Assembly (NCBI RefSeq): GCF_000497125.1
Contig: NC_090603.1
Coordinates: 682,001 to 746,000 of the forward strand
Source: Spironucleus salmonicida
Lineage: Eukaryota
Reading direction: 5' to 3'
DNA length: 64,000 bases
Shown here: in pieces, positions 54,415-64,000 of the stretch
How positions within the stretch are numbered: position 1 is the first letter of the stretch
Layout: each line of letters starts with the position of its first letter
Notes under the pieces: generated by a model
Database searches by the model: none
Seen by the model: the letters and a program-made list of their open reading frames with translations, nothing else
Told to the model about the DNA's origin: nothing
Translations under genes and position numbers: made by a program

Positions 54415-55491
54415 TCACTTACCTAACAAAAATTATTCTAAATCTTCTAGGTCTTTAACATTGTAGTCTTCTAAAGGAGCTTCGCTGTTGATTCCCCTTT
54501 GCCTCATAAATTCTAACATCTTATCACAGTCTACTTCAGAGCTTTCAAGCAAAGTATTAACCCTCAAAATCAGTTCAGGATCGATTTAGCTTTTTTTAAC
54601 CACTCCACCTTCTTAAACAGCTCTTTGTTTATCTAATAACTCCCTTTCTAACCATACTTATTCAGCCCAAGAAGGCCAAAATCCAACCAGTCTTTCTTAT
54701 GTCCAAGAATTTTTGATATCACCTAAATATTTTAGTGCCGTATTATAAATAGGGCCTTATGGATTAAACATTTTACAATCATAGCCAATAAGCAATAAAT
54801 CTCTTAAAATTTCCTAGCCTGACTAATAAGCTTGCGGTTTATCGGTAATTGCAGTGTAAAATTCTTTACCCAGCTTTTTATAGCTTTCTAACGATGCACG
54901 GGCTAGTTCGGTATCCATATGTGAACGTTTTCTTCTATCATTTTTAATAACAGTTTCTGTTAATAGAGAACCATATTCATTGACTTTGAAAGTCAAAAAT
55001 AAATCTTCATCCGTTGGATGTTGAATAGGCATTGGATTTTCCTCTTATTGCAATAAGGTAGCATGAATCCTAGCTGCAACCGCACCAAAATACATAGGAC
55101 ATGGAATAATATTATAATATTAAGGAACTCCATCAGTTTCATCAACACGATAAGAAAACCATTTAACATAGTCTTCATTTTTCAATAAACGTGAAAACAC
55201 TTATAAAATTGACTAGAAATGAGCAGAAATTGAAACTTCTTAAACTTTTGTTTAGGGTTCTTTAGACAAATTTTATAAAAATTTTATTCTTTGATGTATT
55301 TCTGATAATGAAAATGATGTTTATGGAAGTTCTTTAAGTGGAAACTCTTATAATATTTACTGAGTAATATCTCCTTACGTCTAAGATAGCAAATCATCAA
55401 TATGGTCAACTGCAGAAAGAATTGCATTTATATGATAAGCTACTGTATCATCAGTATACTTAGGAATCTAAACACGCTTTGGCTTCGACAT
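54415..55491 (-). CDS. Bromodomain protein with an internal insertion and possible ET-like tail, 358 aa
   Basis: FSYRVD..VPQYYNIIPCPM, then after an insert DLLLIGYDCKMFNP. Confidence 0.75.
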
Positions 55492-55726
55492 TATTAAGTG
55501 GAGTGGATAAATAATATAATTATATTAGTATAATAATATAAAATTATTAAAATTAAATAGTAATTTCTGTATCAATATTATATACTGGAACAAAATATTG
55601 TTGAAAACCAATTTCTAAGCAGGTATAATTTATTTATATATTTTTGATTTTTATTAAATTCTTAAAACAAAAATATCAAAATTTATACAATATTATATAA
55701 GAATTTCAGTCCTTAAAAAATCTAAA

Positions 55727-58123
55727 ATGACAGACTTTTCACCTGATTTCTAAGCAACTACCTTATTCCCTCCTCAAACATAAAATACCTTTACTAATCT
55801 ACTATTATCAAATTCTATTACACACCCAAACCGTAGATTTTTAGGTACCAGAGAGTTCACAACTCTAACACGAGGTCCTTTTGAATGGTATTCATACTAA
55901 AATACTATCAGATTAGTTTTAGAACTAAAATCATACTTGTTATCTATAGATGTTTAAAAATCTTCTAAAGTCGCTATTTTTGCACGTAACCGAACTGAGT
56001 GGACAGTTTTAGATTTAGCCTGCTAATGGATAGGTGCTATCTCAGTGCCTCTTTACGATACATAAAGTAACGAAGAAATATAGTTTATCCTTAAAGATGC
56101 CAATATAGAAATTATTTTCACATAGGTTGACAAGCTGGAAACAATTAAACATTGTAAAAATATCAAATAAGTTATTATTTTTGATGATCTCTTAGAAGAT
56201 AGAATATGGATTATTTAAAACGAAAAATATTTAAATTTTAAGCTCCCAACTGTTATATCATTGTAGCCTAAAGATGAAGAATATTTTGACGAGTTAGATA
56301 AAATTGAAGGAATATTTGATCCTTGTAAAAATATTAGAACTGGATAAATTATTAGGTCAAAGGAAATAGGGGACGGAACGTTTTATTATAGAGAGTTTAC
56401 TGCTGATTATAGTAATTTAGGAAAACTTAAAATTACTCCAGAATCATTGAGCATAGTAACAGGAACTTTTTGGATGGGAATGTCATAATTCTCTAAAGAA
56501 TATGATGAAACATGTCTTAAAGCAATTTCATAATCTTAAACCAATGAAGATGATATTATGACTTTAGTTTATACTTCAGGTACTACAGGGATGCCAAAGG
56601 GTGTTATATTAACATAAAAAAATGTGGTATGGACATCTTTCCAAATGGCAGTTAAACGTTTTATTCCAGAAGAAAAACCAATTAAAAATTCTCTCAATCA
56701 GATTATTGCAACCAGATAAGAATTTGGTATTTCATATCTTCCGCTAGCACATATATATTAAAGAGCTTTATAAGGTGTATTAATGTTCAAGTAAGCGGCA
56801 AATGCTTATTGGTAAGGTGATACCACCAAACTTTTAGAGGATGTTAAATTAGCTAGGATTACTATATTTTTTATGGTACCTAGAATTTGTTAAAAAATTG
56901 TTTCTGGAATTAAAGCAAAGGTAGAAAGTTCATTTTTAAAGACAAAAATTTTTGGATTTTGTTATTCTAGTAGAAAGACAACGCTGGAGTTATATCGTGC
57001 AAATTATAATGAAAAATTACTTTAAATTTATAAGAATGAATTAACTAAGACTAATTTAAATCATGAAGATAATTATAGTTTTATAAAGTAAAATAGATTT
57101 TAGTTTTCTAAATATACTAACTTAATCTTTAATAAATTTCCTGAAATGATAGGTGGAAGATGTCGACTTTTTGTTACTGGCTCTGCTCCATTGAGTTAAT
57201 CCGATGGAGAATTCTTAGCAATTTGTTTTAACGTGCATCTGTTCGAAGGGTTTGGTATGTCGGAGACGTCCGCGCACGGTGCGGTGCAGAGTATCCACAC
57301 AATGAACTACGGTTTCATAGGCGAGGCGTTGGAGGCTGAGACTCAGATGCGCATTCGCTCAGTTCCAGAGATGGGATATACGATTGAAGACAAAAAGATC
57401 GTCACATTTGCTGGGAAATAGCTGGAGGTAACGAATCCTAGGGGTGAGCTCCTGATTCGAGGACCGTCCGTGTTTCAAGGCTACTGGAACGACGAGGCGA
57501 AGACAAAAGAATCGTTTGACGGTGATTGGTTCATCACTGGGGATATAGCGGAATTCGATTCCGTCACGAAGCAGGTCTAGCTTATAGACAGAAAGCGCGG
57601 TATTTTCAAGCTGTCGTAGGGCGAGTTCATCTCGGTAAACTAGATTGAAGATGCGCTCTCCAAATCTAGGTTTGTGGAGCAATTGTACGTATACGCCTCT
57701 CGTTATGAGCCATATCCAATTGCGGTGGTAGTTCCAAACATGAACTATCTCGGAACGAAAGTCAAAACCACCGACCAGGTTACGACTAGTATTGACGCCA
57801 TCGTTGCCATCATGAATGACTTCCGCGCCCTTGGCAAGGCTTCTTCCATGAAGGGTTATGAAATTCCCAAGGCAATTGTATTAGAGTCGGAACAGTGGAC
57901 CCCTGAGAACGGGTTACTCACGCCTGGGATGAAGGTGAAGCGCCCCAGCTGTAGGGACAAGTATGCATCTGTGTGCAACGACATATACAACAGGCTCAGT
58001 AAGGCAGAGGGGCCTACTGTCGAGCAAGTGGCAGCTATTGTGGTTAAATCGGTATCTGAGGGTCCTCTGGAAGATACTAAAAGCCACTCCAGCGGCGGAA
58101 GCAACTTCACAGGGATGAGATGA
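55727..58123 (+). CDS. Long-chain fatty acyl-CoA synthetase, 798 aa
   Basis: [56 protein letters not shown] and ENGLLTP. Confidence 0.95.
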
Positions 58124-58164
58124 ATGATCAATATACTACCACTTTGCCTCAGTGGCTAGCACTC

Positions 58165-59397
58165 TCACTTCCCCCGCTTGTAGCTAAACAGTGGCATGAC
58201 TCTGTCTACAATGTCGATACCCATTGCTTTGATTGCCTGGATAGCCGCAGTGCTGTCCTTGTAACCGCCAGGGCCCTCGTTATAGCCGCGCCAGAACCTC
58301 ACAACATCACCGGCTTCTCCTTCATCTGGTATATGCTTCAGCTCCGTCTTCTTTCCAGCCCTTCCGCTTCCGTGCGGTGCGGACTCTATTGTACTGGACT
58401 AGCACACCAGAATTCCATCCCTGCAGTTTAGTGCCACTATGAATTTACCATCTGCTGCCTACGATCCCTTACGTAGGATGTCTCCCCGGATGAAATTGTG
58501 CGGTCCGGTGATACTACTTAGAAGTTCCATGCCTAAGTAATTCCGGATCTGGAGAGCTATAGCCGCGCGGTTCACATGAGCAACTATAGTCAGAAATTCC
58601 ACTGTCTCTCGATACAATGGAACGTATTCGTCTGGAAGCACAAGTTGTTGTTCTTCTTCTATCGTTGTGGTCCTTAATAGGGATAAAGCTGTGGGTGTCC
58701 CTCCCCGGAACCTCGCAGAGACTGCCCGCTTGAAGGGGCCCTGCAGCAGTATAGGGAGATGCACCTGGTTCCCTGCATGGATCTCATCTAGCAGCTTGGT
58801 GAAGAGAGCAGTCTAACACTTCACCCCGTGTAAAGCGAAAACCTAGCACACTTGTTGGAACTGTTAGTAGACAGCTTATCCCGCATTACGGCTGCCAGAA
58901 TGCACTGTTACAGCCATCATCCCTGAAGTGGAGGAGCGACCAATCTCTACGAAGTGATTACCGCTCCCGAGAGAGGAAAGTTGAATTGAAGATCGAAATT
59001 GGTACTCGAAGCGTTTTCGACGGGTGGTAAATTCTGAAAAGGTAGGTGTATTGGGACACTAGGTTATCGACATGGCAAACTCGAAGAATTCTTAGACAAC
59101 AGTAACAGTATGGACGGGAGTTTCCTGAAAAGGAACTACGCGCTCGAGAAATTCTTATAGCGCTTGAAAATCTACACGCACTGGTTTTACCTCTAACATG
59201 AGGAAGCCACACCCTGCATCACCTCCAATTACCGAGGGGCACACGCGGGTCGTCCTAGCAGCAAATCCTACAGGGGCAGTAGGGCCAAGATGAGCATCGG
59301 GAAGGAAGGTGATATGTGTAGGTTGAAGGTTGTGGACTAGCTACTATACCTACGGATGGGTTGGATCGAAGTCTGGAGCAAAGTTATGTAGTTCCAT
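58165..59397 (-). CDS. rtcB: RtcB RNA 3'-phosphate/5'-OH ligase, bacterial-type, 410 aa
   Basis: PDAHLG, IGGDAGCG, SLGSGNHFVEI, VHSGSRN, PHNFI..RKG, SAPHGSGR, EGPGGYKD and PLFSYK. Confidence 0.93.
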
Positions 59398-59491
59398 TAG
59401 GAAAGGGATATATTGAACGTTAAGTATAGTTAGTTACTGATATGCTATTATATTTTATATATCTAATAATATACATAGCACACATCACTAA

Positions 59492-61318
59492 ATGGACTAG
59501 ATCGTGCAAGCTATCAGCCCACTCACTATCCCTAAATTTCTGGGACTGTCTCAGCAATATGGATAAATTACAAAACTATTGAATATAACCTCAATCGCTG
59601 ACCTGGTTCCTCTACCTAAGATCCGGAGATATGCAACACTCTAATAACCAACTAACAATATCCTAGATGAACTATCACATCTTTATTTCGGTATCGGAGC
59701 ATTTATTTCCCCACATTAGGTGCTGTCGGACGTACTGTGTTTCTTCAATCGTTTCCAGGTGGCAGCTTTTTAAGAACTGTTCGAGTAAGCCGTCGTCTAG
59801 TACTTTAACATGCCGCCATTAAATCTAATACGTTCACATAAGAACTATCCTAAAGTTTACGCACTGGTCCCCAAGAGTATAAACTTAATGGGTTGTTGTC
59901 GCAACCTCCAGCTGCTTTTTGGGGCAAGCGCTATCGAAATTGTGCAAGCATTCCGAGATAACCGCTCGAAGATGTTACATTACTTCCCTAAAAGTGTGCA
60001 TCAGATCCGTTCTTCCTCAGTTGGCTCTACGATAGATGAAAATATAGATATCTACACACTTATATGTGGCACCATTAATCCCACTTTTGAAAACGCTTAT
60101 AAAACCATATAACATTGTAGTTTTGCTGTAGTTGGATGTCCAGTATAACTTGAAGGATAACTTGCACTGTCAAGAGTAACATCTCCTGTTAAACAGCTGG
60201 TTGGACTGGTGTTCCCAGAAGGGGCCTCTCGTACTACATTCAAAACCTTCCTAATCAGCAGGCGACTCGAGTAGCATCTTTCTAAGGAACAACCGTTATC
60301 TTAGTGGCACGGAGAGCGTGCAGCTTTAGGAATGAAAGTTACCTGTCTGGGACGGTCTAACTCGACCGAATTCAGGCGTGCAAGGACACCAGATGCACGC
60401 CCTTTATCCATGTACTAGAGTACCCGTTTATCTGGGACGCTATAGCGTGACGTCCGTACAGAACAACAAGCGGAGATAGCATTCCGGTAGCGTTACGGAC
60501 TCGTAGCACCTTCCAGTATTTTAACTCGTGTTTGCGCTTACTTTGGCTTTGTATTAGCCTCATACTCCTAACTAATCATTGAGTTCATAATATTACCATT
60601 AGACCGCTTGGCAATTGTAGCCAACCAGTGTGATAATAGTGGATGCTTTCTGACTGAATTCCCCAGACCACTATTATCCCGATACAGTCTACCGAGTATG
60701 CAATAAGTAGCTAAACTGAGCAAGGGTCTAGGGCTCAAATGCTCACCCTTACTGAACGAGATCGCAGCTACAAGTCGGTTCTCTTGTTGTGAATCTTCAC
60801 TAGGTAATGCCTTTATTGAAGTACAGTTGCTTTGCAAGGGTGCCATAAAAACAATTTACGAAGGTATCATGCAACTTCACACTGACAATAACAGGGGAAT
60901 CCGACTAAACCGGCGTGAAGTACAGATTGCGATATTGATGAAGAACCGCTTACATGTGAAAAACTTCATTAGTATGGAATTAGATTGCGAGAGCGAGCGG
61001 TATGGGCCTATTACTAAGGAGCGTATTAGGTAACTGCTAGTATTCTCCCGCGATGTACGCATGATATTTGAACCCCAGACAGCACGGAGTATACTTTTTG
61101 GGTCTGAAACCTTAATTGATCCAGTCAGTAGCACAGACCTATTAGTTGGGTTTATGGCTCGGAATGATAGAACGGAGTTAGATTAGCTGAAGATAGCAAC
61201 AATACGGCTGCTTGCTGATATCGATGATATCAGTGCCTTGGAAGATGTGCACGATGCCTTCTATAGAGCGGTCATTGAATGTGGTCCAGCAACATGTGTT
61301 CTTTCCATGTTTGAGTGA
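59492..61318 (+). CDS. Hypothetical protein, 608 aa
   Basis: Code-6 frame joining track ORFs 59810 and 60827; ends GAGTGA; divergent from rtcB. Confidence 0.75.
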
Positions 61319-61332
61319 ATTTTCTCAAATTT

Positions 61333-62358
61333 TCAGTTCCACAACCACATATCATGTCTATCATACACTTCCTCTATCGAGAGACCAGATGCTATGCTAT
61401 TCTGCAGGAATCCCTCCACTACATCTGCAACTGCATCAGGACACCTCACAATCACGAACCCGTATTTTCCACCAAAGCATAGTCGGTTATCTGTGGTGAA
61501 GCCAAGTTATTCTGCACCAACTGCTTCTAGGAGCGCAACCTATTGGCGACTCATGGTTTCTGCAAATACGACACCACCATCCTATAAATAGGCTAGGAAG
61601 AGCCCAGTTGTATCTAGTGTAATATTATTCTGAATAAAGGGATGAAACAATGTGTTCTCAGAAACAAATATATCACCATCCCGGTATACATAGATACAAC
61701 ATTGAGCATTTTCTAGGAATACCAGAAGTGCTCCTTTTGGATGATAAATTAATGATTTAATAACCTATGAAGTTTTGATCGCCTTTAGAACCCGGAACTG
61801 GTTGCTATAAAACTCATAGAATAAAATTTCAGAGGTAGACAAAACTACGAATACACTACTAGTTACCCCCTATACCTGCTAAACACGACCTTACAATATG
61901 AGGGGTAATTGGTACAGATCCGACTAAGATTGGCGCCTTATGTAGAGCTTGTCTTTTCCACATGCAATTATACACGCCTCTCCATCTAGTCGGAATAAGG
62001 ATATAAAATCTATAGCTTCGGTAAAATATATATGCTCTACCATCGTACCCTGATACAGTGAAAAATCTTTGCCATTTCCACATACTAGACAGTCTCCCAA
62101 CTGGCTGGATATACCAGGCCTCACCGCCCGTATCTCATTAGAAAATGGTTAGAATACACTACTTAGAATACCCCCAGCTGAAATCTTAGCTTAATTTCCG
62201 TGATAAGGTACGAAAAAGTCAATTCGATTCTCGCTTACACGCCATACCATGGTATCTGATGCGAATAAATTCTTCCCTGCGTAAATGATTGGGCCGCATT
62301 TTCCAGAAATTTTCTAATTTTAAAAGTTTTTAAATATATTTAGCAAATTTTAAATCAT
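61333..62358 (-). CDS. Divergent WD40/beta-propeller-like protein, 341 aa
   Basis: Open frame with strand repeats (LIYHPKG, LDTTGLFLAY, FTTDNRL). Confidence 0.6.
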
Positions 62359-62405
62359 ATTTTATATAAGAATAAAGATATTATGTATCTTTCCAATCCT
62401 CTAAA

Positions 62406-63104
62406 ATGGAAGAATTAGGATATTCGTTCTCATTAACAACCTTTTCTCCTACAGGATAACTTTGGTAAATTTAACATGCTATAGCTGCTACTAACCGCGG
62501 CCGTCTTTCAGTTTCAGTTCAAACACCTTAGGGTTCGGTATTGCTTGTTTAGCGTAAAACAGATGAGGCATCAGAGAAGCTTATTGATCAATCGTCACTG
62601 CGTTTAATTAGTAAAATTTCTTCAAAAATCGCTATTGCTTGCTCAGGTTTATCTGGAGATACTAGATCAGTAGTTTCAGCTGCCAGACTTTCTGCTATTG
62701 AATTTTCAGCTACGTACGGCACAGAACCAACGGCATTTGAAGTCGTTAACAAACTTTCAAAGATTTTTTAGGAAAAAACTCGTGCAGGTGGTGTGAGGCC
62801 TTACGGCGTATGCTGTGTAGTTGCGGATTTCAATTAATGTTTTCAGATTAATCCTTCTGGATCTTTTTATGAAGTTAAAGCATGGGCAAATGGAAATGAA
62901 AGCGAAGCTGCTAGGTAGATTTTAGAAAAAAGAGGAGACTCTGAAACGTTAGGTGACGGTATTGTATTATGCCTAAGTGTAGCTAAAGAGGTTTGTTAGG
63001 TTGAGCTTAACAAAGGTGACTTCTAAGTATGTGTTGTTGATAAGGAAGGATTCAGAATGATTACTTAAGAGGAAATTGATGGATATTGGGCTGGGGTTGA
63101 GTGA
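62406..63104 (+). CDS. PSMA2: 20S proteasome subunit alpha-2, 232 aa
   Basis: YSFSLTTFSPTGQL, SGLSGD, GGVRPYGV and NPSGSF. Confidence 0.92.
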
Positions 63105-63245
63105 ACTGGGAGTAACTTTTAATACTAAAAGAAACATCTATAAATATACATATTAAATGTATTATATTATTTAAATATGACTTTTTATTTTAGTTATAGG
63201 TTTTACAAATAATAGTATTATATGATCTATAATATTTATGTAAAA

Positions 63246-64000
63246 ATGAATGATTTAAAAAAGACTTCATATATCTGGACTATTTAGAGACTATTTTTAC
63301 TTTTATAAATTGTTTCAGCATTTTTTTCTCCAATATACCTTCCCATAATCTAAAAATTTAATAACTTACTAACAGAACAGCAATATTAAACATTTGCATA
63401 CTATTTAAAAGCTATCAATTTTTTTATCCACTCTTTCTGTCTTGTTTTATTTTAATCACATCCGAATTTATAATTTGTTATTATTATAGCATACTTATAA
63501 CGTATACTAGTCCCTCCGATTACATGTATTCCAGCGTCTTAACTATACTCATATGTAGGCTCTACTTGTTTTTTTGGTATTTTAGGGGCTTTATTTTATA
63601 GACTTAGTACTCATAGATTTGAATTACAACGACTCAAGCTAAAGGTTAGAGCAGCTAGAGTTATTAATCATTAAAGTTTTACTAATATTCGTTAAGAATA
63701 TTATTTAAAAAAGCATGAATAATGGTAAAAACGGAAAATTTATTAAAATTCTGCAGCAATTTTATTATTATTATGTTAAATAGCAACATTTTCAGTTACA
63801 AGACGAAGTACTAAGCTTAATTTACAGATAGTTAAACAATGTAAGTTAGGTCCAAATTGGTCGGATCATTTATTTTTAGTTACATTATTATTGAAAAATG
63901 AAGATTCATGTGTGCATGGATCATTTTTATTTTCTTATTGTTTTTCATTGGGATTAATCATTTTTAATTCAATTTTTGCACCATTTTTTAATGGTGATAA
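63246..64000 (+). CDS. Hydrophobic multi-pass protein, truncated by the window end
   Basis: Frame stays open from the ATG to the last base, with several hydrophobic segments. Confidence 0.55.

Noticed and set aside
57230..62300. GC-rich block as bacterial contamination, prophage or transposon
   Set aside because: Its genes use TAR=Gln and AGTGA ends, the boundary lies inside a host gene, and there is no integrase, transposase or terminal repeat.

Overview
Gene-dense, AT-rich eukaryotic DNA that does not use the standard code. TAA/TAG fall in frame at invariant Gln positions (e.g. ARL2 [25 protein letters not shown]) and only TGA ends genes (translation table 6), so the supplied ORF track is heavily fragmented. 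The code, the lack of visible introns, an AGTGA element overlapping many stops, C-rich elements before ATGs, Protein 21.1-type ankyrin and ADP-forming acetyl-CoA synthetases point to a hexamitid diplomonad, most consistent with Spironucleus (inference). Manual retranslation gives about 45 ORFs. They include two acetyl-CoA synthetases with opposite domain order, a bacterial-type RtcB RNA ligase, a sulfatase/LtaS-like membrane enzyme with a decayed copy, L-asparaginase, a bacterial-like sirtuin, AP-3 delta, a SARAF homologue, SMC6, RMI1-like, DNAAF3, ARL2, an NDR-like kinase, MAT, a bromodomain protein, a long-chain acyl-CoA synthetase and proteasome alpha-2. No rRNA, tRNA, CRISPR or transposon was seen. 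Coordinates and family calls come from hand reading and motif recall, not database searches; long ORFs were spot-checked rather than read codon by codon. No single multi-gene novel system could be demonstrated. The strongest leads are the RtcB gene in a GC-rich block, the permuted ACD pair, and a per-gene C-to-G skew gradient.
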